Assembly: GCA_002633005.1 (NCBI GenBank)
Contig: NMRA01000699.1
Location: forward strand, 90,797 to 154,796
From: Phoronis australis
Lineage: Eukaryota; Animalia; Phoronida
Reading direction: 5' to 3'
DNA: 64,000 nucleotides
A model generated the notes under the pieces. The model was not told the DNA's origin, did not search any database, and worked only from the letters and a program-made list of their open reading frames with translations. The position numbers were made by a program, and so were the translations under genes. How positions within the stretch are numbered: the first letter of the stretch is position 1; every line of letters begins with the position of its first letter. This document shows, piece by piece, positions 52,470-64,000 of the stretch.

Positions 52470-55400
52470 TCTGTGGAGTTGAGAGGAAAGACAAGAATCT
52501 GCATTTCAGAGAAGTTGAAAGAATTGCTGAAAACACCACCTACATCTTGGGTATGCAGACTTTCATATCCCGTTTGAACCGCACACTGACGTGGGTAGGC
52601 ATCAATGATCGAATACCAAGAATAAGACTACAGCTAGTTGGCACACCAGCAAAGTTAGACGGCTTACATCGCGTTCAGATGTGAGAGACATGTATATGAA
52701 GTAGTCCAGCAAGTGCCACTACATCGCAACGAAATGTCGCGCCATTTTGAAGAAACGTTCGCCAGGGGGAGAAACGAAGGCAAGACTTCTATTTCAGAAA
52801 AGCCTAATGCCAGTACAAAATCAGACATTGAGATAACCTTCTGTCTGTAGAGTTGGTCTTTACGTGGCGTAAATGATAGGAATGCGTTTGTTGACCACGC
52901 GAACCTGTTGATTGCAAATATTTTCCACAGGTCAGACTGAAGTGTAGTACACATTTTGAGTTAAGAGATAGACTACATGTTTACTGTATGTTAAACGCAA
53001 AAGCGAGCGTCACAGTTCGGCATTCTTTGCTTAATACGTCATAACGTTAATCTATATTTTCGCATTCTGTCTTGTCACAAGGCCTAAGAAACAAGCAAAC
53101 ATTTAAAAAAAATAAAATTCTGTTATTGGGGCTGTAGTAATGGGTGGAAAGACCGTCTCCGCCGTTATTGTTTTTACCAGTGCGGTACTGAGGAGTCGTG
53201 AGGAAAGTCCGCGGAGAGCAGTCTTTTTGAGACGTGAAAAGGTGCGTTTGTGGAGGCTGTAGTAACAGGAATTTGACTGAGAATGTCTTTTTCAAGTTAC
53301 CTAAATACATATACGTGAAAGTTGAACAGAAATGGCGTCAGTTTGTGCCATGTATTAGTGTGAAATGTCATTGTGGATTCATTTAGAAGTCACACTTTGT
53401 TCGGCATATTATAAAGAATCGTGTTTCGACCAAACACAAACTAGACATCACGATGAAGGGCTCGTCACCTTGTAAGTGCATTTGCAAATTTCATGAAATA
53501 GTAACGCACAAAATTAACTCCTTCCATTCTAGAGCGAGTGATGTTGGGACCTCAACCCCGGCCCAGAGTGAGTGCTACAACACGTAGGCTTATGCATTTT
53601 GTTTAGAACGTGCTTATTCCATCATACCAAAAGTGAACACGAGCGACCCAGGTTTACTGCGCCTTCAAGTACTTGAGTGTGATGCCCGTACCTACTCTTC
53701 TCTGTACAGTTCTCGCTCAGTATTCTCCCTGTCTTCTGATCTGTGTTCAGTCATTGCAATTGCTTTTCAAGTTACCAAACATCTTCCACCCGTTTAAAGT
53801 GACCTTGCACTACAAAGTAACTATTTAGTTATGGAAAATTAAAATATTGACTTTACTATGTAATTGCAGCCATTTTCCAAGATGGTCACCATTCAAAATT
53901 TCTTTGACTAAATTGGTTGATGCCGTTAAAGGCAAATAACTCTGTCTCTAGCATGACCGAAGGTCTCAAAAATAGTTTCATGTCCATGGAACAGGCCCCA
54001 AAAAGGAACAATATTCAATTTGGGCCACTGCAACTGGGTCAATTAGTTTCCCAGCTAATGTAAACACAGGATCAGACCACTTTGGGCAGGAAGGGTTACC
54101 GCAAGAAAACAAGGTTTTTAAAGTGTAATTTGGCGACATTTAATAAAATAAAGTCCAGTGGATTACAAAATACAAATTAGTGGCTGACTCTTGCTCACAA
54201 TAATTCAAAATTCTACGTTTGTATCAATAATTTTGAAAATGAATTGCAATGACTCATCCCTATCTATATCCTTCACAGACACCTGCAGAGCAAAGATTTC
54301 CTCGACATCAAACCGCGTGATGCAACCCTGTCGGAGATCGTTCTCTTGCAGTTGCTGCACTCAGAACCATTGGCTTTGCAGGAACGATACACTGCTCTCT
54401 TAGTTAGCTCATTTAGACGGTTCTCTTCAAATCCTGCATGTTCCAACAGTAACCGGATTTACGATGGGTCGATCATCAAAGTCATAATGCGACGAGTTGC
54501 TGTTGCCAGACAACGACTCGTCACTGTCACGAAGCTCGTCCTAGTCTCCATCCACGAATTATTCTTCAATGATTTCAATTAATTGTCGATGATCTTGATC
54601 TGGCAGTCCGCGGCAAGATTTAATCAGATATCAGCTTAAGAGCGACCTGCCATTTCATTGTCTTCTCAACATGCCGTGACCTTGCGACCCACAATTTCAC
54701 GCCCACTTTACAAGTTTCAGCGAATGAGGACAGCGATGTATTAGGTTAAAAGGTCGTTGCTAGCTATTAAGAGTAGTGTGGGGCACTTCTGTTGAATTTA
54801 CCCCGAATGCAATCAATAAAATTACGACTCTTCATTGGACAAAAACTCCAAAGCCGACTACAGGCATAGTAAGCCGGGTTTCGTCTTTCTATTGATACAT
54901 TGTATGTTTATGAATGAACTGGTTCAACGAATTCCTGAGCAATGCAGCCAGGAAAATCGGTAAATTTTGATGATTTTTTTGCGAATTATCCAGTCGTGGA
55001 GAATGTGTTGCTTTTCAAAATGAAATAAATAACGTTTGAAATGAAGTTTGCTTGTTTTAAAGCCATATTTTGTGAAGTGGAATGAATAAATAATCATAAT
55101 CTACAAGGAAAAAATTGACCTAGTTCTCACCGAAAGCGACTGTTTGTTGTCTGGTCAGGAAATTGGGCGGGAAACATGCTAATACATGTAAATAATTTTT
55201 CTTCAAAAGAAAAAATCGCAACTAGTTGTTAGATTTTATGGTCCTCATTTCAGATTAGCTAACTGAAACAACAAAAACTAAGGAAATGCTTAGTGGGAAC
55301 TATTTAAACACTTTCAAATCTCCTAAGAAATATCTTTATTTCAGCTGAACACAAGGATTGAACTATTACGTCCTTTGGTTTCATACTTTCTTGAAACACA

Positions 55401-55622
55401 AAGTCAATTAACTTGATACGTTCATTCCAGAGAGCTCTGTTCTGATACTAAATTACATCCATAATTTATAGAAAGTATGGCCTAAGTTTAATACAATGTA
55501 ATGGCTGTTCCTGTTTTGATATTGGCGATAGTTAATTACATGTAACTAGAGTGATTTATGTACATGGAAAGGAAATTTGTGAAATACCCTTGGAGCACCT
55601 GACAAATAATGTCAAGTTAATC

Positions 55623-55658
55623 GTCATTGCCATTGTCATTGTCATTGTCATTGTCATT
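55623..55658. repeat. (CATTGT)n short tandem repeat
   Basis: Direct reading. Confidence 0.85.
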
Positions 55659-57130
55659 TTGTAAAAAGCTGTATTTTACACTGTTTAGTTGTTTAAAATA
55701 AAACTCGAGGACTTTACTCTCACAAAATCTGTCTCAAAATAGCTCTCACCGTGATAGTATTTCCATTGCCAACAGGAAGGTAAAAAACTATCAGTGACTC
55801 AAGATAACACGCCTCGGAGTTTAAGGGGTTGGAAAATCCTAAAATCTCTAAATGGCACATGTACATGCACACGTGCATTGCCTGTGACTTGAGTTGGTAA
55901 CAGAAGTAAAATCCCATCACGGTAAGGGTGATCTTTACACCGACCTTGTTAGAGTAAATGGCTTAATTCAATGCTTCCCGTTTGCCAGTCAGCTACATCG
56001 TGCGAAATAAAGCTTCATGTGACCGTCCTAATTATTTTCAGTCCTTAAACTATTGAAACCAAGATAAAATATGATCAACCAATAATAAGCAGAAATGATC
56101 GTGGTGGCAAAAAATGACAGTAAGAATCATGATAATATACATGTGCGTGTAATAAACAGCTGTTATCGTCAATCGGTAAATTTTACGTAAATGATGCGGG
56201 TACGTGTATCCTTAATAATATGTATGTGCATTTGGATTTTTAAAACCCGTCATGTCTGAGTATTAAACCCAAATCGCAAATACGAAACTGGAAAAAGTCA
56301 AGTAAACAGCGAAAAATCAGAACTGGAACTAATGAACTGCATTCATCACGTGCTTTTGTTATGTAATAAGGAATTTTTCCTGTAGACAAAAAGCCAGGAC
56401 AAGTGGTTCTACCCCATAACAATAGAGCCCAAGCCATGGTTTCAAAGATGACGCTGCTAAACATGGGTTTTTAAAGGCACTTTGGTGCACATATGCGGTA
56501 TTTATGAGCTCGTGTGTATCTGGAAAGGTTCAGTGTATTAGAAATCCCGTGTCGTGTCAGTTGATGCAGGCATTGGCACGAATTTGGAATGACAATGACA
56601 GGGGTAAATTGAAACTTTCTTTTACTTAAAAACTGAATTCTTACAAGCACTTTAAACAAATCTCATCAGCACATTTACGATTGCTAATAGTCTATGCAGC
56701 TTCGGCAGCTCGCTCACAGCAAGACTTACATGTTAATTAAGCTTTAAGTATTAACTCTATAAATGCACAGCTGCCATTTTTATTATAAAAAATGACGTTT
56801 TCCTGGAAGGTGCAGCTGGTATAGATGGTTCCGATTTTTTTAACGAAGCTATTTAATTTATTAAATCAGTGCGGGAAATATAAACACTGCGATCTTCCAC
56901 CCGCTTGGCCCACAACCATTCGTTTCTTGCGAAAGCCGATGAATGTTTCTTCGTTAAGCCTGGAACACTTACAGCGCAGAGAGAGAGAGTTTAAGGCGCA
57001 CTTACAATAAACAGTGGTTTAAGCCTCAAAAACAATATACATGTACTAGACATCAGCATCAGCTCAAATATGCCCGGAAATATACGTCATACGTGTAATA
57101 AACAAGGCCAGCTAAAACGAATCTACGGTC

Positions 57131-57701
57131 TACGGTGGCTGCAAAAGGACGGCGCGGCAACTTATTTTCTCCGTTGCTAACTCTATCGATAGACTTACTT
57201 CATGCATCTCTATCAATGCCCTTACTAATTCTATCGATATACTTACTAACTCTATCGATAAACTTACACCGTAATAACTCTATCGAAAGACTTACTAACT
57301 CTATTGATAGGCTTACTAACTCTATAGATAGACTTATTAACTTCATCGACGCACTTATTATTTCTATCGATAGACTTACTTATTCTATCGACACACTTAT
57401 TAATTCTATCGATAGACTTACTATTTTTTATCGATAGACGTACTAGCTGTATCGATAGACTTACTAACTCTATCGATAGTCTTATTAAATCTATCGATAG
57501 ATTTGCTATCTATATCGATACAGTTAGTAAGTTTATCTATGGGCTTACTATTTCTATCGATAAACTAACTAACTCTGTCGATAGCGGACTTATTTTCCCT
57601 ATCGATAAATTTACTACTTCTATCTATAGACATACTAGCTCTATCGATAGAGTTTGCAACGGTGTAAAAAATTAACGGGCAGTTTTTTTACAGCCACCGT
57701 A
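57131..57701. mobile_element. MITE with TACGGTGGCTG termini enclosing a ~21-bp minisatellite
   Basis: TACGGTGGCTGCAAAA / TTTTACAGCCACCGTA ends, subterminal CCGTTGC / GCAACGG, and about 20 units of CTATCGATAGACTTACTAACT. Confidence 0.85.
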
Positions 57702-59189
57702 ACATACAAAACCAGCTTCCTAACTTGTCGCGAACATTTTGTGTCCCTTATTGTCTAATGTGAAATTTGATACATATAAATTTTTGGAAAATGGGTGGGT
57801 AAAAGCACACGTTACTGACGAAAATGAATCTCACCATCGTGGGTCTTGTATTCTTGTTTAAGTTTACCGGGGATGCGTTTTACCAAAGAACGTAAATCCA
57901 GTCGTATACTCCGTTTTTTTAAACAAGCCATTAATGTTAGTTTACAAAGGCAGGATTCGACATGAATTTTACCTGCAGTTCGGCAGTAGCAGGGGAGGTA
58001 TGCCATCTTCCGAAACTGCAGCCTAGGACAAACTATCACGCAACTTATGAATGCAAAACTGAGACGCTTTCGTCTGGTTCAGTAGTATTTGCTCTTTAAT
58101 CTAGTCACCGACATTAATTCGCATCGATGACAAAAATCACCAAACACGTTTTTTGGTGTGAATCGCGGATGCCGTTGTCACGTGGTGCAGATACACGTAG
58201 GTTGCAGATTAATTGAATGTTTTGTGCATGATTGTTTCTAGTGCCTCAATTGCCTGTAGAGTATTATTTGACATTCTGTTTGTTTAAAGTGTTCACAATC
58301 AATCGTTGTCTTCAGTGATGAAATTAAAAAACTAGAGAAGTTACTAAGGAGAAGACTATAAGTTAGATAAGCATAAGGTTTCAAGCCTGCAGCTCAGGCC
58401 CTTTATCACATGACTGGTCTTCTGTTTGTTGTAGAATGCAGCACACAACAGTAGGTCGTCATGGTATCCGTCCTTTTCTTCTACTACTACTGCGAACGCT
58501 AAATCTTCAAAGTTCAAGCAATTTGTACGCGTTATCACATGATAGACTGCCAGAGAGACAATGGTTCGCAGCGCTGCAATGCGTTGCACCCATAGTTGTT
58601 AAAGGAATGGGGTTCTTCAAAATTCTAGTCAGCGTTGTGGCACTACGACCAAATCAGATACGTGTAGGCTACATTTGGCCCGCCAGTCATTGACGGATAT
58701 TAGTCCAAAGGATCGCAGTCACTCTCAAAACTGAAGTGAAGGATTAACTAGTATTTCGTTGCAAGTCAAAACGTTTCTTCACTTCATTCAATTAAGTACA
58801 AATCTTAGCATTTCGTACAATAAATTCAACCTTAAAAGCGACTTCATTGATTAACGAGAGACATTTTATTAAACAGGCGCAGGCCGGGAGATCGAAGACG
58901 ATAGGACAGCGGCTAATACCACTCTCATTCAATACAATATCTGTCAATTTTCGTACATGGCTATATGTATATATAAGTAGAGCTTGAGAAACGTTTTGGC
59001 GCTATATGGGACTTCCTCCTTTGTAACAGAATTTAAAGGAACTGAAACTGTTTTTCAATAGCCTAAAACCATATAAACCTATGCATTTTAGATACAAATT
59101 CTTCCCCCCATTGTGACTATTCACCACTAACTTCACTGCACGCCGTATTCAAACGATCAATTCTTGAATTTAAATGTTTAGACGTATTA

Positions 59190-61230
59190 AACATGTCTGT
59201 CAATCTATCTAGTAATACTTCACACTCGAAGTCGAGTTTCCTGAAGTCGCACGTGTTAAAAGTTCAATGGTGAAATGCGTATGTACAAGAGTGTACTGTG
59301 AGTGAGCAGCACAATCAGCATAAAATGGAGTGTTGTCTAACGAAGAGGAGGGATACCTGGAAGTGATCCAGAGAGGTAGCACCAACGACGTGGCCAAGTA
59401 GGTTGTTGCAGAAAACTGTTGTGGAGGGTAAGGAGTTATGTAGGTATACAGTGCGACACTGTGGTGTCATAAAGTACACGCTTTGGCATCTAGGTGTAGG
59501 GATACTAATTGAGGTATACAAATATGTAACATGAATGGCGATGATCTAATGCATAAGTTCATAAGATTTAGAAGGTTTGTTAACGTAGCGGCGGAATTTT
59601 AGTGGTTGCCAGTTTAACTATTCGATCATTTCGCTGAGTGAGGAAGTAATGTGGCCTTTATTTAGGGCAAGTCTTGTAGCTCTTTGCTCCACCATTTCAA
59701 TCTAGTGAGTGAGAGCTTTTGCGTGGAGTGGTATTGACCAGTACTAGTTTTCGTTGGGCTAGAGCGACATAAGCTGTTTCCTTTACTGAGGAGTGTGACG
59801 AATGTTTCGTCTAAGAAAGCCAAGGGCTTTACTGTCAGAAGCAGCGGCTGTATTAATTTGAGAATTCCAGGTAATATTTTTGGAGAAAGTAACGCCAAGA
59901 TATTTGGACTCCGACAAAGGTGACATGAGTGAGCTATGGAAGAAATAGTCTTCCGAATCATTTTTCCGATGCTCGTGAAGAACATTGCATTGAACTACAT
60001 ACCGCACACTGATTCCCAATCAGCAAGTTTGGCGATATCCTGTTGCAGTGAGACGCAGTCTCCTTGATTCCAAATGGAGCGGTAAAGTATACAGGCATGT
60101 GTAAGGAGGCGGATATTGGAAGATATGTCTTGAGGCAGGTCATTGTCAAAGAGGAGGAAAAGGATTCTCTAAAGAACACAAGGGATCATAGGAAGGATGT
60201 CAGATGATTCGCCAGCTATCACAAAACAATGAGATATATTATTAAGAAATGAGTCAATCCAATTCATGGTAAGGTCACGAACCCCAAAGAAATCAATTTT
60301 TGTTAACAAGTCTAGGGTGAAGTACCTGTACTTTTTCAAAAAGATTTTTTAAATCCACGATTATGACGTCGGACGGGATGCCAGAGTCCATATTGAGAGA
60401 GAAGTAGTTTGTGGATGAAAGAAGCTGTGATTCACATGATCTGTTTCGCCTAAAGCCGTTTTGCTGTTGTAGAATATTGCTGCTTTCAAGGTGTTCCTTA
60501 AGGTGACTTATAATGATGTGCTCAAGAATGTTGCAACATATTCGTGTACTAGTAAGGAAGATAGGTCTGTAATTTCTGCTTTGTGTTTATTTCCTTTCTT
60601 GAAGGCTGGTGGACGTTGGCGTGGTGCCCATCTGCTGGAACCCCAACGGATGATAAGGAGGCATTAAGGATGTCGGTCAGTAAGGGGGCTATTGAGCCTG
60701 ATAGTTCCGAAGAACTTTAGGAAAGATAATGTCTGGACCTGGGTTCTGAGCGGAAAGTCGCTTTTTCAACTCCATTACTATCATTGATAGGGTCAGGGAT
60801 AGTTTTACGAGGACTTTCTCCGAGATTTGGAGTTAAAGAGATGTCTTCAGACGTGAACACTGACCAAATTAGATTATTGATAATTTTCTCACTATCTCAT
60901 GGCAGGGTTGCGAGCAAGCAGTTGTGTTGCAACAGGGCTAACTGGGAAGGTTCTCTCTTGAGACGTTTAACAAATGTGAAGAGGAGATTGGAACCAGGGA
61001 GATAATGCCATTGAAATTTTCAAATATGATTTCAAGATTAGGTATAGTACTTGGTGGCAGAGGGAAAAGAAGGAGGCGCGGTTGTGGTCATGAGTTGTAG
61101 ACTTTCACTTCTCGAAGGCTATGTCTTTTTTACGGATGAGCTTTTCAGGATGTATCAGCGCTATGGATGTTTGTTTTTGGATCTTGGCATTTTCTCTGCC
61201 ACTTATTTAAACAGGGAGGAAACTCGTTTC
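59190..61230 (-). mobile_element. L2/CR1-group LINE, heavily degenerate
   Basis: Minus-strand NYRPI..T...C.ILEHII...HL...QNGFR.NRSCESQL, and KYLGVTFSKNITWNSQIN...KALGFLRRN. Confidence 0.85.
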
Positions 61231-64000
61231 CAGGCAACACGCATTTTAACCAATCGTTTCAATCTTACCTTGAAAGCCAGAACCATTGAACATTTTCACG
61301 GCATCCTGCATTCACTGCACTAAAACTTAGAATTTCGCTTCCTCTAGTCGCCAATGCGAAATGCTGCACGTTATTGTCAAACATACGCGCTATTAACTTT
61401 TATAATATGTACTGTAAGTGCTGCTTATTGTAAATTTATATCATGTACCGTGAGATTGTCATCTTAGTGGCCTTGAGAACTAATTTTCATTTCGAAGTGT
61501 GTAAAGTCACCGATTTACATTAAGACGTATTTTGAATACACTGAAAAAGAAATGCGATGGAGACGATTGCCACGATATCATTTCTTAACCACGTAGCCTC
61601 CGAGTTTGACGTGATAGCCCAAGTATTTTTGATTTATTTGAAAAGAAGTAAACCCCCAAAGATGTTGCAAAATTTGATATTAGAGAGGTTGTAAAAAGCG
61701 ACGTAAACATGAATTATCACGCATTTATAACACCTCGTCATACATGCCATTGTTGGCTGTGACGTAATCTCGGTAGTGTTTGAATATTTTTTGCGAATAC
61801 AGATTCGCGTCGCTTTAAACCTGTGTCCCTTTTCAATTCTTATTTGGTAAGACATGGTAAAGATTTTTATTTAGATAGGGTTCTCAATCTTTCTTCTTTG
61901 CTTCAGTATAAAACAAAACCGATTCTTTAATCTATAAATGTTCTTAAAGTTTAGTAGCAAGAAGGCGCTTTTTCCAAAATATTTATTCTGCGGGGGTTAG
62001 CTGAATATAATCGAATTAGAATAGATTACTAACAGTTAAGATTTTGTGTTGTTAATTTTTTACATGCTTATAAGCATTCAAAAATATAATTTACTTGCAT
62101 CTATTAATTTTCAACTCCAAGAATCTTTCGCATTCTAAAAAATGACCATTTTGCGCAGGATTTCGTAGAAACGACTTTTTCATGATCAACATATATCTAT
62201 ACATGTATTTAGGGGATATATGCTACATGTACGATAACCAGACACGAACTTAGTTATTCAGTTCATCTTTAATTTCACGTTCGCGGAAAAATCTAAATGA
62301 CGCTGTTCCAAAACCCATTTTGTTACTGTAACTTGAATCGGTACGTGCAATTACGTATGCGTCATAATTCACGTTTACGGGGCGTTGAAAAAAATTTCTA
62401 ATAATATAAATTATGTAGTCATGTACATGATGATGTCATACGGAAATGGACGAATTTCGTATCGAATGAGCTTGGCTAATACCAAGAGCTCAAAAACAGC
62501 CAATACAGTGGCTGGAACGATCAAGCTTAAACGCATCGATGAACCGTCGATTAGTAACCTTCCAAGCACAACGAGGTCCACAGTTTAACGTGTTTATCTG
62601 CGTGGTGGCTTTAAAGTTGGACACTATTTTTTATTTTTAATTTGATTGCTCTTGAAGTGTTGAAAAGTGCTGACCATTTTACTGGCGTAGATGACCGTGT
62701 TAGGAATTAAGCTGTCTAAGATTTAGAGTACAAATCATTAATGGGCGATTGCTGATGGTCATGGCCCGTGGTCATGTTATTGCTAGCGATTTTGTGCTAT
62801 GAGTCCAAATTTCTCTTTTCTTTTTTAAATATACATTACTGCTATTCTACAGGAAAAAGTATGCATTTACGTACTTACATTCCATGGGTGTGTACTAAAT
62901 ACCCAAAACTGTCGATGGGGTCCTGCATAAACTTTTAAACAATACTTGCTTTGCTTTTACCACATAAGTTCGCAATTTCAATTTTCGTTACATTTACCAA
63001 AAGATTGAAAGCCAACATAGAGTATCGGCAACTTTCATGCAATAAAATCGTAAAAAGACAACGGATTTTGCTATGTTATAGCTCCGGCCAAAGATGGTAT
63101 CACCAATCCATCTTCATTTTGAGATGAAAAGGTTACTAGCCAGACTCTGGTTACAAAAACCTTTAGGAACGGCTGCAAACACCGTCTGAACGAATTTCCT
63201 GCCATTCCTTATGACTCATTACGGCGATATCCCATTGACCCCAACTTGTTCGATCGGATGGCAAACGAACAAGTGGGGCGATTGACTTGCGTAGCCAATA
63301 ACTCCAATCTGGTATTGATGGTTGTAGGGCCAGTTCTCTTTTGTTCCTACATTTGCTCTGTTCAGATAAGCTCGTATCCAACCTGACTTGCTTTTGCTGT
63401 TAAAAATAAGTTAAACACTGGAGGGAACACTAACCAATAACAATTCTGAATTTCTTGTCAAATGCTGGTGGTGAATCAACAAAATCGCCAACGGAAGTTA
63501 AATACAACGTTTTCTATGCGAACGCATGCCCATGCATTGCGTTTGACTGTGTCGGTAATGAGGTGCAACCACTATACTTTTTATAACGTTGATATCTATG
63601 CTACAGAAACGTTTTTCTTATGTTTGATCCTATATTTTGTTTTTAGCATTATATGTGACTTCAATAAAGATATTACATATACGTCTTGTGTATCGGTTTT
63701 ATATAGTTACGCGCATTACCATCATAATCAAAATTGAGTACAAAACTTAGGTCACGTGGTTCTTTTATTCTACGATTTTCGCTTGCCTTTCGCCAGATTT
63801 CTCCAAAACCTGAAGATTTGTTGTGAATAGGTAGTTACGGCCCAACGTACCCATATAAATGCTGGTGATTACGCTCACACTATGAGCGAGGTCGGTGGAC
63901 CTCATAAAACTGGACGATGTCGAAAAATCCAATTCAATATGTAAAAAAATTCTTATTTTGGTAAAAAAATAACCGTCACGCCCCCTGATAGGGCCTACCC

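Larger units (their letters stand above)
51200..52600 (+). mobile_element. Ty3/Gypsy pol (RT) remnant
   Basis: SPWS...LVRKK.G.L.VCVD.R.MN...VKDAY; WNRLPMGL|CNSQATF; HV.S..GI...PSK...SW...NKEEIRSFLGLACY; downstream RT/RNase H connection-like residues. Confidence 0.88.

Noticed and set aside
57135-57437. ORF with SIDRLTN heptad repeats, and a CRISPR-like appearance
   Set aside because: It is a by-product of a 21-bp tandem repeat inside a MITE. There are no unique spacers or cas genes, and the context is eukaryotic.
52960-62620. Many isolated TTAA-AG/GG starts and CT-TTAA ends (e.g. ~52961, 53795, 53926, 56471, 59033, 62611)
   Set aside because: Probably further Kolobok or Sola MITE ends, but I could not pair them reliably by eye.

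Overview
This is repeat-dense, AT-rich animal (eukaryotic) genomic DNA, probably from an invertebrate; no prokaryotic operon, CRISPR array, rRNA or tRNA is visible. The only convincing host gene segment is the intact last coding exon of a class A neuropeptide-type GPCR (QRFP-receptor-like, minus strand, 21075-21795). Just upstream of it lies a frameshifted tandem copy of its splice acceptor and exon start. Its TM1-TM3 exon(s) were not found in the 42 kb upstream. The rest is layered transposon debris: CR1/L2-like and RTEX-like LINE fragments, Bel/Pao and Ty3/Gypsy remnants, THAP-bearing Kolobok elements (TTAA sites), a decayed hAT with a 5-bp TSD, and several MITEs. A Sola3 element (TTAA|GAG...CTC|TTAA) sits inside an older copy of an 8-bp-TSD element whose intact relative is at 85-1171. 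Two repeats carry internal tandem arrays, one with CTCF-like motifs. A 411-bp duplication across an N is most likely an assembly artefact. All family assignments come from reading motifs by eye, not from database searches, and I found no strong evidence of an entirely new biological system.
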